The notes: generated by a model from the letters alone, not told the origin. Counted from the first letter of the stretch, positions 27,309 through 38,941 are shown. The stretch is DNA of 64,000 bases from an uncultured bacterium (GCA_963827235.1 CAWHAE010000009.1:704001-768000); one strand, 5' to 3'. Numbers and translations are program-made.

Positions 27309-28379
27309 CTAGCCGAGGTTCTTGGGGATGATCGTCGTGGGAACGATCTTGCCCGAGGCGATCTGGGCTGCCGCGGCCTGCACAAGCTTGACGATATTCG
27401 CGGGCACCATGGTGCCTATCGTACCGTAGCCGGTGGCCTGGTTCTTCAGCGTGAAGAGGTTGTCGCCACCCTTGAACTGGCCCTTATTGACGGCGCCGAT
27501 TTCCAGGTAGACTGCCTTGTCGACCTTCTTGACGGCGCTGGTCATGATATAGGAGCCGAGGAAGTGCTGGTCGGCGTCCACGCCGATACCGTAGAGGCCC
27601 TTTTGCTCTGCTGCTTTGAGATAGCTGTTGCCTGCTCCGCCGGCCACGGCGAAGAGGATGTCTGCACCGGCGGCAACCTGGCCAAGGCCGATGTTCAGCG
27701 CCTTCTGCGTGCTGGTGAAGTCGCCGCAGTAGCCCAGCTTGATCTTGATACCGGGATCGGCAGCCCGAGCGCCCTCGACATAGCCCGCGATGTAGCGGTT
27801 GACCGGAGGAATGGAGACGCCGCCCATGGTGCCGATGATGCCGTGCGTGGCAACGCCAACCTTGTTCTTCTCCATCAGGCCGGACATATAGCCGACGAGG
27901 TAGCCGGATTCCTGCTCGCGGAAGAAGAGGTTGGCGACGTTCGGAAGATTGACCGTGTTGCCCTTGGGATCGGTGGGCGCACCGTCAATCAGGGCGAACT
28001 TCACGTTGGGGTAGGCCTTCGCCACCTTGTACATGGCGTTTTGCATGAGGAAGCCGACGCCGATTACCAGGCCGTAGTTCTGGCGGGCGAACGTGGCCAG
28101 GTTCTGGTAGTAGACCGCGTCGGATATCTGCTGGCTCACGACATAGGAGAAGGGAACGCCATACGCCTTTTGTGCCTGTTGAGCCCCCTCGTACGCAAGC
28201 TGGTTGAAGCTCTTGTCGTTAAGTCCGCCGGTATCGAGGACCAGCCCAACCTTCAGCGTAGAGGCGGACTGTACGGCCGTTGCATTCGCGACAACGTTGT
28301 GCGAAGGGAGCATCATCGCCGTCAGAGACAACGCGGTGATTGCCGCTGCGATGACTCGGCGCGTGACTAGCCGATGCAT
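27309..28379 (-). CDS. BMP family ABC transporter substrate-binding protein (nucleoside-type)
   Basis: GGLNDKSFNQLAYEG, LVIGVGF, FREQESGYLVG, AGGAG, IGVDADQ, TSAVK. Confidence 0.92.
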   Translation of the reverse strand: MHRLVTRRVIAAAITALSLTAMMLPSHNVVANATAVQSASTLKVGLVLDTGGLNDKSFNQLAYEGAQQAQKAYGVPFSYVVSQQISDAVYYQNLATFARQNYGLVIGVGFLMQNAMYKVAKAYPNVKFALIDGAPTDPKGNTVNLPNVANLFFREQESGYLVGYMSGLMEKNKVGVATHGIIGTMGGVSIPPVNRYIAGYVEGARAADPGIKIKLGYCGDFTSTQKALNIGLGQVAAGADILFAVAGGAGNSYLKAAEQKGLYGIGVDADQHFLGSYIMTSAVKKVDKAVYLEIGAVNKGQFKGGDNLFTLKNQATGYGTIGTMVPANIVKLVQAAAAQIASGKIVPTTIIPKNLG

Positions 28380-28769
28380 AGATTCATGACCTCCCGAAAT
28401 AGCCAGATCTCATGAGTTCATTCCGATGCCGACCGCCTCCGCGATCGGCAGTGCCGCCCGTGCCGGCGCCCAATGCGTCTACCACCCCCTTCCGCGGCCA
28501 GTTCAATCACCGAGAGCGTCGCACGTGCACCGTGACGAAGTGCATGATAGTGCGAAAACCCTCCCCTTGCCAGCGCCTGCCGGGAGATCTCGCGGTCCGT
28601 GCACAACTATCCTCTACGACGGCGGGTGAATGAGGGATGAGCCTGCCCTGATCGGGACGGGTAGAAGGGCAGTCTCAGGGCGTCTCGTGCATGCACGACA
28701 CTCTGTCGTTATAGGGACGCATAGGTAGGAGGTGTAGAGGCGGGAGGCTATCAGAGCCTGCGCCGGAGC

Positions 28770-30428
28770 CTAGCCCGGCACGGCCTCCATGGGCGCTTGG
28801 GCAAGCGCCGGCACGGCTCCAAGCGCGATCTGCTCGTCGAACGCGGCCAGCTCCGCACGCAGGCGTCCGTCGTCCCAGTGCAGGCGCCGGGCCAGGAAGC
28901 GGGCCACCGGATCGGCAACGTCGCGCCCGCGCTCGGCCGACATGCCGGTGGTCAGCCGCCGGAGCAGCACGTCCGCCAGCGTGCGGGCGTCCTCCTCGTC
29001 CACCGCGTAGAGCACCTGCGCCATGACGTCGGGATAATGCGCGCCCAGCGGCGCCAGCAGATCGCGGTTGGCCTGCACGTAGCGCAGCACGCGAGCAGCA
29101 CGGGAGCCGTACACGCGCATGAGGTGCTCGACCAGCGCGGGGTCGATGCCGAGCTCCCGAGCCTGCGGATCGCGGTGCATGGCGACGTAGCGGTCGATGT
29201 CCCGTAACATGCCGCCCGGCAGGGGCAGCTCGGCGGTACGGCTCTTGGCACGCTGCCCGAGGCTGCGGCAGGCGGCGTCGACCAGATTCTCGGCCACGGA
29301 ACGGTAGGCCGTGAGCTTGCCGCCGATGATGCTCAGGAGGCCGGGAATGCCGTCCCTGGTGCGGTGATCGTAGAGCACGTGGCGTCGCGACACGTCGGAC
29401 TCGGGCACGCCTTCGATGTGCATCAGCGACCGCACGCCGGCCCACGTGAAGTAAATCGTGTTCCAGGGGGCGTTGGGATACGCGTAGCGCGCCTCGGCCA
29501 GCAGATAGCAGGCATCCTCGGCATCGGTCACGATGCGATCGAGGTCGCCGTCGTAGTCGGTGTCGGTGGTGCCGAGCAGGGAGAAGCCGTTCCAGGGCAC
29601 CACGAAGAAGAGCCGGCCGTCGCTGTGCGCGTAGAGCACGACCGCCATGTTGCCGACCTTGGGCAGCACGAGATGGACGCCCTTGGTGCGGCGGGAGAGG
29701 GTACGCGGCTCACCGGTCATGGCGCCGATGTCGTCCAGCCATGGGCCTGCGGCGTTGATCACCAAGCGGCCGGCCAGCTCGAGGCGCCGGCCGGTGAGCG
29801 TGTCCTCGGCCGCGATGCCGCAGACCGCCCGTCCCCGGCGGAGCAGGCCGACGGCGCGGGTGTGGTTGAACAGCGTGGCGCCCGCCTCACGCGCGGCGAT
29901 TGCGTTCTCCACGTTGAGCCGCTCGGTGAAGGTGATCTGGCCGTCGTAGTAACGGAACGAGCCCTGCAGACCCTCGCCCCTCAGGCCGGGCTCGAGGCGC
30001 AGGGTCTCCGCCACGCTAAGCCTGCGGTGGATGGAGAGACTCTTGTCGTAGGAGAGCAGGTCATAGAGGATCATGCCGGCCCGCAGCTTCTGGCGGTAAT
30101 AGAGGCTCTTGTCGTAGAGCGGGACGAGGAAGGGCAGCGGCTTGACCAGATGCGGGGCATTGCGGAAGAGGCGCTCGCGCTCGCGCATGTCCTCGCGCAC
30201 GAGGGCGAAGTCGTACATTTCCAGGTAGCGCAGTCCGCCATGGGCCAGCCGGGTGGAACGATTGCTGGTGCCCCAGCCGTAGTCCTCCTTCTCGACCAGG
30301 GCCACGCGGAGACCACGCAAGGCGGCATCACGGGCGGCCGCGAGCCCGATAATACCGCCGCCGACGACGACGAGGTCGTACGGGGAAGCGCTCGCAGGCT
30401 GCTCTTGCTCGGGAGTAAAGCGTTGCAC
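28770..30428 (-). CDS. glpD: FAD-dependent glycerol-3-phosphate dehydrogenase
   Basis: VVGGGIIG, GTSNRSTRLAHGGLRYLE, INAAGPW, KGVHLV, GGKLTAYR. Confidence 0.92.
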   Translation of the reverse strand: MQRFTPEQEQPASASPYDLVVVGGGIIGLAAARDAALRGLRVALVEKEDYGWGTSNRSTRLAHGGLRYLEMYDFALVREDMRERERLFRNAPHLVKPLPFLVPLYDKSLYYRQKLRAGMILYDLLSYDKSLSIHRRLSVAETLRLEPGLRGEGLQGSFRYYDGQITFTERLNVENAIAAREAGATLFNHTRAVGLLRRGRAVCGIAAEDTLTGRRLELAGRLVINAAGPWLDDIGAMTGEPRTLSRRTKGVHLVLPKVGNMAVVLYAHSDGRLFFVVPWNGFSLLGTTDTDYDGDLDRIVTDAEDACYLLAEARYAYPNAPWNTIYFTWAGVRSLMHIEGVPESDVSRRHVLYDHRTRDGIPGLLSIIGGKLTAYRSVAENLVDAACRSLGQRAKSRTAELPLPGGMLRDIDRYVAMHRDPQARELGIDPALVEHLMRVYGSRAARVLRYVQANRDLLAPLGAHYPDVMAQVLYAVDEEDARTLADVLLRRLTTGMSAERGRDVADPVARFLARRLHWDDGRLRAELAAFDEQIALGAVPALAQAPMEAVPG

Positions 30429-30778
30429 GCCAGACCTTTCAGAGGATTGTCAGAAGGCACTTCGATTGTCGATGTCTCAGACACATGGTACCCGCTGGCG
30501 CCGGGCGGGGAACACTGTCCGGTCCGGCAGCGGCATGGTTCGCCCGGCGAGCATGGCCGGCGGCGCGGACACCCGGAGGAGCGCGCTACAGGGTTCAGCC
30601 GAGCCGGGCCTGCCGCGGGAACTCGGGGTCACGCCGGAGTGGCTGTTTCGGGGCGATTGCAGCCTCGCACAAAGCAGACAACCGGCACGCGGGTCTTTCG
30701 CATGCCGGTCGTTTGACAGCCTGACAGAGTGGCGAGAAGTGCCGGAATCGCGAAGCCGCGTGACCGGCGGGAAGAAAG

Positions 30779-31859
30779 CTAGGCGATAGTCACATCTTTG
30801 CAGAGATAGACGTCTTGAATGGCGTGGAGGAGAGCAGCGCCCTCCGCCATCGGCCGTTGAAACGCCTTCCGGCCGGAAATGAGCCCCGTGCCGCCCGCCC
30901 GTTTGTTCACCACGGCCGTCGTCACGGCTTCCGCGAGGTCTGTCGCGCCCGACGATGCTCCGCCGGAGTTGATAAGCCCTGCACGGCCCATGTAGCAGTT
31001 CATCACCTGGTAGCGGGTGAGGTCAATAGGATTATCGGTGGTCAGGTCGCTGTACACCTTGCTGCTGGTCCTGCCGAACTTGATGGCGTTGTAGCCGCCG
31101 TTGTTCTCGGGCAGCTTCTGCTTGATGATGTCGGCCTCGACCGTGACGCCGAGATGGTTGGCCTGGCCCGTGAGAATCGGCCGCCAGGTGGTAGTCGACG
31201 CCGTCCTTCTTGAAGGCGGGGTTGCGCAAGTAGCACCAGAGCACGGTGGCCAGTCCCAGCTCGTGGGCCCGGTGGAAGGCCCGCGAGACCTCCTGGATTT
31301 GACGCCCGGACTCGGCTGAGCCAAAGTAGATAGTGGCGCCGACCGCCGTGGCGCCCAGGTTCCAGGCCTGCTCCACGGTACCGAACATGACCTGGTCGGC
31401 TTTCTCCGGGTAGGTCAACAGCTCGCTGTGATTGATCTTTACGATGAACGGAATCTTGTGCGCGTACTGCCGGGCAACCGCCCCGAGCACCCCGAAGGTC
31501 GAGGCCACGGCGTTACACTCGCCTTCCATGGCGAGCTTCACGATGTTCGCGGGATCGAAGTAGGCGGGATTCGGCGCGAACGACGCGCCGGCCGAATGCT
31601 CTATACCCTGGTCTACCGGCAGAATGGACATGTACCCCGTGCCGGCCAGGCGACCGGTATTGAACATCTGGCTGAGGCTGCGCATCACCTGGGGAGAGCG
31701 GTCGGTATGCGCGACCACGCGGTCGATGAAATCGGGTCCTGGTAAATGCAAACTCTGGGAAGCGACCTTTGCTTTGTAGGTGAGCAGGTCCTTCTTGGCG
31801 CCCAACAGCTCCTCAATGCGATCGATAGACTGTGCAGTCTTCGAGGCAACTGTAGCCAT
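30779..31859 (-). CDS. fbaB: class I fructose-bisphosphate aldolase (FbaB/DhnA), +1 frameshift near 31177
   Basis: [17 protein letters not shown]...LWCYLRN..DYHLAAD continues as [20 protein letters not shown]...[10 protein letters not shown] in another frame. Confidence 0.92.
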
Positions 31860-32157
31860 GCCATACTCCTCTCCGATGTCCCGTCGCCAGAGCTGACCGG
31901 CGTGACATCGCACGCTTGACGGTTATCCACATCTGTAGCGTATCAACTGCGCTTGGAGCCCAAGCAGGGCTGGATGCCCCTCCGATGCCGGACAAGTGGC
32001 CCCTCTTGACGTGCCACCTGCGCCGCGTCCGCTCGACGGTCGGGCCACAGGCTATACTCACCATGTTGCATGGTGCTCCCGCCGGTGCGGACGGCAGGAC
32101 AGCCGAGCCTGCCGGCGGGACTGGGTCGTGGGAGATAGAAAAGGCTGGGATACGCTG

Positions 32158-32655
32158 ATGGAGAAAGCGAAGAGCATCGCGCTGTTGAACAAGGCAGTGG
32201 CCGACGAGCTTCAGTCCGTTCACCAGTACATGTATTTCCACTTCCATTTGGCCGATCAGGGGTTCGGGCCGATCGCGCAGCTGTACAAGCGCATCGCCAT
32301 ACAGGAAATGGGGCACATCGAGCTGCTGGCTGAGCGCGTGTTGTTCCTGAAGGGCGATGTGGAGATGGTCGCAGCCGGGCCGGTCGACCACATCTCGGAG
32401 CCGGAGGCCATGCTCGCGAAGGGTCAGGCGATGGAGGAGCACGGCATCCAGTCGTATAACGCCGCCGCGCTCGACTGCGCCGCCAATGCCGATTCCGGCT
32501 CCAAGCAGCTGTTCGAACAACTGCTGCGGGATGAAGAAGGCCACTACGATCAGTTCGAGAAGCAGGGCGACAACATCAAGCGGTTCGGTCCCAGCTATTT
32601 GGCGCTGCAGTCGTTTGGTGGAGCAGCCGAGGGCGCGGCGACCACGGCGAGCTGA
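32158..32655 (+). CDS. bfr: bacterioferritin
   Basis: DELQSVHQY, QEMGHIELLAER (heme Met), MEE.GI..Y, DEEGHYD ferroxidase motifs. Confidence 0.88.
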   Translation: MEKAKSIALLNKAVADELQSVHQYMYFHFHLADQGFGPIAQLYKRIAIQEMGHIELLAERVLFLKGDVEMVAAGPVDHISEPEAMLAKGQAMEEHGIQSYNAAALDCAANADSGSKQLFEQLLRDEEGHYDQFEKQGDNIKRFGPSYLALQSFGGAAEGAATTAS

Positions 32656-32670
32656 TGGGGAGAGCAGGCG

Positions 32671-33633
32671 ATGAAGATAGGAGCATTCGCAGTCTTGCTG
32701 GCCGACAGGCCGCTGGAGCAGGCGCTTGACTATCTCCAGTCGATGGGACTGGACATGGTGGAGATTGGTACCGGCGGTTATCCCGGCAACGCGCACGCCA
32801 AGGCAGCGGAGCTGCTGGCCAACCCGGCCAAGCTGGCGACTTTCAAGCAGGCTATCGACTCTCGCGGCTTCCAGATCAGCGGCCTGTCCTGCCATGGCAA
32901 CCCTCTGCATCCGCAGGCGAGCATCGCCGCCGCGCACCACGAGGACTTTCGCAACACCGTTCTGCTGGCTGAGCGGCTGGGTGTGCAGCGCGTGATCACC
33001 TTCTCGGGCTGCCCGGGTGACAGCGATCGGGCCCAGTATCCCAACTGGGTTACCTGCCCCTGGCCGGACGACTTCTCCGCCCTGGTGAAGTGGCAGTGGG
33101 AAGAGAAAGTCATTCCCTACTGGCGGGAGCAAGCGGAGTTCTGCCGCCAGCACGGCGTGCAGGTGGCACTGGAGATGCATCCGGGCTTCGTGGTCTACAG
33201 CGTGGAGACCATGTTACGCCTGCGCGATGCCGTGGGCGACCAGGTGGGCGCCAATCTCGATCCCAGTCACCTCTTCTGGCAAGGTGCGAATCCGATCGAA
33301 GCGGTGCGCGCGCTGGGTCCCGCTATCTACTACGTGCATGCCAAGGACACGGCGATCGATCAGTACAACACCGGACGCAACGGCGTGCTCGACACCAAGC
33401 CGTATCGCGACGAAGCCAATCGCTCCTGGATCTTTCGCACGGTAGGCTACGGGCACGACGCCAAGTTCTGGAAGGACTTCGTGAGCGCGCTACGCCTGGT
33501 GGGGTACGACTGGGTGCTCAGCATCGAGCACGAGGATAGCCTGATGTCGGTGCCCGAGGGCCTGAGCAAGGCGGTGGCCTTGCTCAAAGAAGCGGTGATC
33601 GCAGAGAAGCTAACCGGCATGTGGTGGGCCTGA
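32671..33633 (+). CDS. sugar phosphate isomerase/epimerase (AP_endonuc_2 TIM barrel)
   Basis: SCHGNPLHP, ALEMHPGF, NLDPSHLFWQG, VHAKD, SIEHED. Confidence 0.9.
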   Translation: MKIGAFAVLLADRPLEQALDYLQSMGLDMVEIGTGGYPGNAHAKAAELLANPAKLATFKQAIDSRGFQISGLSCHGNPLHPQASIAAAHHEDFRNTVLLAERLGVQRVITFSGCPGDSDRAQYPNWVTCPWPDDFSALVKWQWEEKVIPYWREQAEFCRQHGVQVALEMHPGFVVYSVETMLRLRDAVGDQVGANLDPSHLFWQGANPIEAVRALGPAIYYVHAKDTAIDQYNTGRNGVLDTKPYRDEANRSWIFRTVGYGHDAKFWKDFVSALRLVGYDWVLSIEHEDSLMSVPEGLSKAVALLKEAVIAEKLTGMWWA

Positions 33634-33774
33634 GCCGTCCCTCTAGTCAGGCCAAGGTGGAACCTGCATGGGGCGGAGTGAACTCCGCGCTTGGTGGGCC
33701 CTGAGGCTCCCCACGATGAGTCGGTGGGCACCGTATCCGTGCGCTGCCAATACGGTTCCCGGAGTGGCTTGCCT

Positions 33775-34818
33775 TTAGGCAAGCCACTCGTCCATAGGCG
33801 TGGTCGATCGGACGACGTGCATGCCGGCTTTCTGAAAGCCGGCAAGCGCGGTTTCGGCTTGTTCGGTGAAATCGGTCAGGTAGCCGCCACGACCGTCCGG
33901 TACGACGACGCTGGACATGCAGTCCTGGAGGATATAGACTTTGCCGGATAGCGCCGGGTCCACCGCCCTGATCTCGTCCAGCAGATCCTCGAGCGTGCTC
34001 TTCACGCAGTGGCTGGCCGCCTCGCCGGCGACCACGATCGCATCTGCTGCCAGCAGCCGGGCGATGAACGGCCTGTTCTTCTCTGCCAGCGTGCCGCCGT
34101 CATGGCGCTGCAGCACCTCGGGGCGCAGGATGCTGTAGTTTTCGGTCAGCGGCTGATCGCCTTTCAACTCGATCCATGCCTGGGTCTGGCGGACGAAGGC
34201 ATGAAAGAGCTGCGCCTCCTGCACCACGCCGGCCAGCGTATGCCCCTCGCTGCCGAGCAGGCAATGGAACGGCCAGAGGTACAGCTCGTACTTGCCTTTC
34301 CGGGTGAGCGACTCGCAGTAGAACTGCACCTGCGCCTGGAGCCAGGCGAAGTCGCCGTCGCACAGCCAATCCGCGACAGCGGGATTCGGCCGCAGAGCGC
34401 CCGTGCGGAGGTCTTCAAGCCGCACCACAGTGTGCGCCGGCGGCAACGTGCCGCCGGCATCCAGCCAGAAGGCAGGAAAGAAGATCTGCTCGGCGAGGTG
34501 CGTGTCGAGGGTCGTGGTGATCGCCGTGATCGTGCCGAGATTGCGGTAGACGAACTCCGAGAGTCTCCGGCAATCCTCCATGGCGCCGTCACCGGAGCGG
34601 CCGCCGACGTAGAGGCTGCCTGCCGGAAAGCAGAAGTCCTTTTGTGCGTCGATGATCAGGAGATGCACGCGCTGGCGGTCCGTCGCGGCCGCGTCGATGC
34701 CGAACCGGCTCCGCCAGGCGATGGCCGCTTCCAGCAGGGCGGGCGGATCGGGCCGAAAGCTCCAGCTTCGCGCGTGTTCGGGGTCAAAGAACGGGGGCAC
34801 GGGCAGGGTAACCGGCAT
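33775..34818 (-). CDS. nicotinamidase/isochorismatase-like cysteine hydrolase
   Basis: IIDAQKDF, TLDTH, LWPFHC, ELKG, AGEAASHCV (D-K-C triad). Confidence 0.85.
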   Translation of the reverse strand: MPVTLPVPPFFDPEHARSWSFRPDPPALLEAAIAWRSRFGIDAAATDRQRVHLLIIDAQKDFCFPAGSLYVGGRSGDGAMEDCRRLSEFVYRNLGTITAITTTLDTHLAEQIFFPAFWLDAGGTLPPAHTVVRLEDLRTGALRPNPAVADWLCDGDFAWLQAQVQFYCESLTRKGKYELYLWPFHCLLGSEGHTLAGVVQEAQLFHAFVRQTQAWIELKGDQPLTENYSILRPEVLQRHDGGTLAEKNRPFIARLLAADAIVVAGEAASHCVKSTLEDLLDEIRAVDPALSGKVYILQDCMSSVVVPDGRGGYLTDFTEQAETALAGFQKAGMHVVRSTTPMDEWLA

Positions 34819-35187
34819 GTGCGCGATCCTTTCTCACTGCTCGATAGTCGGACGGATGCCGGCGCGTGTCGGGGCTCGGGCCAATCCCCCGAAGGCGCTG
34901 TTTCCTCGCGCCGCTACGCGCATGGCGTGCCGGCCAGCATATCTGACATTATCCGCGCTTGCGACCCAGCGTGCTTTCCGATGCTCCGGGCGGTTGGAGC
35001 GAGCGGCCTCCCGGCGGGCGAAGCCGGCCGCTCCAGGGCGAGTGTAGGTCCATATAGAGAGCTATAGGGGGGCAGGGAAGGAGGCCGCTGCCATGCCCAC
35101 TTTCGCGGTATCCTTGCCACAGCACTCAACAGACCAAGGCCGACGATGTGGGACGCCCGAACGGCATAGCAAGGAGCTGTAGAGCAC

Positions 35188-36564
35188 ATGTCCGAGCAAA
35201 CCAAGTTCCTCCTGGACGAGTCGCGTATCCCCGAAGCCTGGTACAACATCACCCCCGACCTGCCCGTAGCGCAGCCCCCGCCTCTGCACCCGGGCACTGG
35301 CAAGCCTCTCGGTCCGGACGATCTGGCGCCGCTGTTTCCCATGGCTCTGATCATGCAGGAGGTGAGCGGGGAGCGCTTCATCGAGATCCCGGAAGCGGTG
35401 CGCGCTGCCTATCGCCTGTGGCGCCCTACCCCGCTGTATCGGGCTCACCGTCTCGAGCAAGCGCTCGACACGCCGGCCAAGATCTTCTACAAGTACGAAG
35501 GCGTCAGCCCGGCCGGCAGCCACAAGCCGAACACCGCGGTGCCGCAGGCCTACTACAACAAGGCCGCGGGCGTGAAGCGTATCTCTACCGAGACCGGCGC
35601 CGGCCAGTGGGGCAGCTCTCTGGCACTTGCCTGCGGCCTGTTCGGGCTGGAGTGCAAGGTGTACATGGTGCGCATCAGCTACGAGCAGAAGCCCTATCGT
35701 CGCTCTATGATGCAGACCTGGGGAGCGTCCGTGGTTGCCAGTCCCAGCGAAGATACACAAGCGGGCCGGAAGATCCGCGGCGAGCAGCCGGATTGCCTGG
35801 GCAGCCTCGGTATCGCGATCAGCGAGGCGGTGGAGGACGCCGCCTCGCGGGAAGACACCAAGTACTCGCTGGGCAGCGTGCTGAACCACGTCTTGCTGCA
35901 CCAAACCGTGATCGGCCTGGAAGCCATCGATCAGCTCGACATGGCCGGTGCCTACCCGGACGTAGTCATCGGCTGCGTAGGTGGGGGAAGCAATTTCGGC
36001 GGCATAGCCCTGCCGTTCGTGCGAGAGAAGCTGGCAGGCAAGTCCATTCGCATCGTGGCCGTGGAGCCGGCGGCGTGCCCGAGCTTGACGCGCGGCGTCT
36101 ACGCCTACGACTTCGGCGATACCGCCGGACTGGCGCCGATGGTAGCGATGCATACTCTGGGCCACAACTTCATGCCGGCAGGAATCCATTCCGGAGGCCT
36201 GCGATACCACGGCATGAGCCCCCTGATCAGCCACCTCTACAAGCTGAACCTGATCGAAGCCCGGGCCTATACCCAGCGTCCGTGTTTCGAGGCGGGGCTG
36301 CAGTTCGCGCGCACGGAAGGCATCGTGCCGGCGCCCGAGGCCACGCACGCGATCAAGGGCGCGGTCGACGAGGCTTTACGCTGCAAGGCGGAGGGCGTCT
36401 CGCGCACCATTCTCTTCAATCTCAGCGGTCACGGGCACTTCGACATGGCCGCCTGGGATTCCTATCTTTCCGGCGCGATGGTCGACTACGAGCTGCCCGA
36501 CGCCGAGATCGCGCGTGCGCTCAAGGACATCGAGCAGATGCCCAAGGTGCCGGTTACTGCATAG
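35188..36564 (+). CDS. trpB2: TrpB2 (TrpB-like PLP enzyme)
   Basis: [47 protein letters not shown]. Confidence 0.95.
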   Translation: MSEQTKFLLDESRIPEAWYNITPDLPVAQPPPLHPGTGKPLGPDDLAPLFPMALIMQEVSGERFIEIPEAVRAAYRLWRPTPLYRAHRLEQALDTPAKIFYKYEGVSPAGSHKPNTAVPQAYYNKAAGVKRISTETGAGQWGSSLALACGLFGLECKVYMVRISYEQKPYRRSMMQTWGASVVASPSEDTQAGRKIRGEQPDCLGSLGIAISEAVEDAASREDTKYSLGSVLNHVLLHQTVIGLEAIDQLDMAGAYPDVVIGCVGGGSNFGGIALPFVREKLAGKSIRIVAVEPAACPSLTRGVYAYDFGDTAGLAPMVAMHTLGHNFMPAGIHSGGLRYHGMSPLISHLYKLNLIEARAYTQRPCFEAGLQFARTEGIVPAPEATHAIKGAVDEALRCKAEGVSRTILFNLSGHGHFDMAAWDSYLSGAMVDYELPDAEIARALKDIEQMPKVPVTA

Positions 36565-36703
36565 GTGCCGCCGGATACAGCGAGACCGCCGGAAGTTGCC
36601 GGCGGTCTCGCGAGGCGCCTGGGCAATTCCACGTCCTTGCCGCCGGGTGCAAGAAGCGCGGCGGTTTCGCGGAGCACCGCCGGCGCTCCCTGGTCGCCGG
36701 CAG

Positions 36704-38041
36704 TTACTTCCCCAGCGGCAGTGTGACGGTAAAGAGGGCCCCGCCTCCGGGCGCGTTCACGGCGGTGATTCGCCCGTTATGCGCGTCGACGATCCAGCGC
36801 GCGATCGCCAGCCCAAGGCCCGAGCCTTTTCCGGTGCGGGCCTTGTCGGCGCGATAGAAGCGCTCGAATATGCGCGGCAGGTCTGCCGGGTCGATGCCCG
36901 GTCCGCTATCCCGTACCGCCAGCCGCACGCTGCCGCCATGCACCTCCGCGCCGACGACGACCTTGCCGCCCTCGGGCGTATACTTGAGCGCGTTGTCGAG
37001 CAGAATGAGCAGTAGCTGCCGCAGACGGCCTTCATCGCCCATGAGCTGTACACCCGGCGGGCAGCCGCCGGAGAGCGTAGATGTTGCGATCCTCGGCCAG
37101 CATGTCGACTGCTTCGACGCTGTCGTTCACGAGCCGTGTAAAGTCGACCGGCTGGCGCTCGACCGCGATGGCGCCGCTATCGGCACGCGCCAGCAAGCGA
37201 GAGGTTCTCCACCAGCCGGGTCAGGTGATTGTTCTGGTCGAGCGTCTGTTCGAGCGCGCGCTGTTGCTCGGCCACCGATTCTTCGGTGAGCCCGAGCTCG
37301 GCGGCCGTGCGCATGATAGCCAGCGGTGTACGCAGCTCGTGCGCCGCATCGGCGACGAAATCGCGCTGGCGCTTGAGCGAGACCTGGATGGGGGCCAGCG
37401 CGCGCCGGGCCAGCACCGCGCTGATACCGGCCGCCGCCACGATGCCCAGCACGCTCACGGCAAGCAGCCCTCGCAGCAGCGAGCTGAGGCTATCGAGATA
37501 GTTCTTCTCCGAGATGATCACCTGCACGGCGCCGATAATCTGCTGCGTGCCGTCGCCGAGGGGACACGATTGCCGGCCTGCTCTCGACCAGATAGGTCTG
37601 GTGGCCGCTGCTGACCGCCGTACAGCACTGGTCGGTACCGGTATCAAAGGCCCGCTGGGCAGAGGAGAGATTGAAGATCAGCGTCGGAGAGGTGTAGTCC
37701 AGACCGCGCGGGCCGGCCACGGCATAGTAGACGTCGTCCTGGCTGCTCTGGCTGCTGCAGTCCTGATGCGCTGCTTGCAGTGCGTCGGACGGAACGAACT
37801 GCCCGGTGAGCTCGAGCTCGAGCTCCCGCAGGCAGCGGGGAGGATTCGCGGCCCGGTAACGCAGCGTGTCCTGCAGCGACTGGTACAGTCTCTGTTGCGT
37901 CGTGAAGTACACCAGCGCGCCGGAGGCAAGCAGCAGGGCGAAGATGAGCGAAGCGGTCAGGGCCGCGAGGCGCCAGCCTACACGCCGAACGGATGCGGCG
38001 TCGGGATCAACCGGTGCGTTCTTTCGTCGAATCGCAAACAT
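36704..38041 (-). CDS. sensor histidine kinase, three apparent +1 frameshifts (~37561, ~37195, ~37080)
   Basis: Two TM segments, H-box FVADAAHELRTPL, N-box LLDNALKY, DSGPGI, IFERFYR and GSGLGLAIA are distributed over several frames. Confidence 0.88.
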
Positions 38042-38138
38042 TGAACGCTCCCTTCTCCTCGATCGTCACCCGTCTGCCGGGGCAGCCGTCCCGGGCCGAT
38101 CTCGCGAGCCTCCGTGCGCGCGGAGTGGTGCTCCGCCG

Positions 38139-38811
38139 TTAGGCCTTTATCTTGTACCCCACGCCGCGGACCGTCTGGATGAGCTGGTGCTCATACCCTT
38201 CATCCACGGCCTTGCGCAGACGCCGAATCGTGGCATCCACCACATTTGCGAACGAGCCGAATCCGTAGTCCCACACGCGCTCCATGATCATCGTGCGGCT
38301 CAACACCTGGCCCGGGGTGCCGCATGAGATACTCCAGCAGCGCGAACTCCTTCGGCGAGAGCGGTACGAGGTTCCCGGCACGGTAGACCTCGTGAGCCTG
38401 CCGGTCGAGCACGAGATCGCCGACTTCCAGGCGATCGTCGTCGGTACGACGCCCGTTTCGTCTGGTGATCGCACGCAGCCGAGCCAGGAGCTCTTCGAAC
38501 GCGAAGGGCTTCGTCAGGTAGTCGTCGGCACCGGCATCGAAGCCGCGAAGACGGTCACGCAGGGCGTCACGCGCGGTGAGAATCAGCACCGGAACCGTCG
38601 ACTGATCGGCACGCAGTTGGCGAACGATTTCCAAGCCGTCGATGCCGGGCAGCATGACGTCCACGATCAGCGCGTCATAGTTGCCGACCTGCGCACGCTC
38701 CAGGCCGTCATTGCCGTCGTAAGCCACGTCGACGGTATGGCGTTCCTGGGTGAGGCCGCGTCGCAGGAGGTCGGCCAGCGACTTATCGTCTTCCACAACT
38801 AGGGTGCGCAT
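38139..38811 (-). CDS. OmpR/PhoB family response regulator, +1 frameshift in a C-run (~38315)
   Basis: MRTLVVEDD, DVMLPGIDG, LTARD, GADDYLTKPF, then GQVLSR...NVVDATIRRLRK...IQTVRGVGY. Confidence 0.92.
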
Positions 38812-38859
38812 GGCTTGAGATTCCTCCGGATTATTCTCTGCCGAGCATAACAAACCAAT

Positions 38860-38941
38860 ATGACCGTTGCATGACAACATTGTCATTGTCCTGTCATAAA
38901 TGGATCACCTTTGTGTCATTGAGAGGTCATAGGTTAGTCAT
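38860..38941. promoter_or_regulatory. array of GTCAT half-sites with 11-bp period (OmpR/PhoB-type operator)
   Basis: GTCAT at 38882, 38893, 38915, 38926, 38937 (ATCAC at 38904); inverted ATGAC at 38860 and 38871. Confidence 0.75.

Noticed and set aside
28390-28760. Purine riboswitch upstream of the nucleoside ABC operon
   Set aside because: No recognisable aptamer consensus by eye. An Infernal search would be needed.
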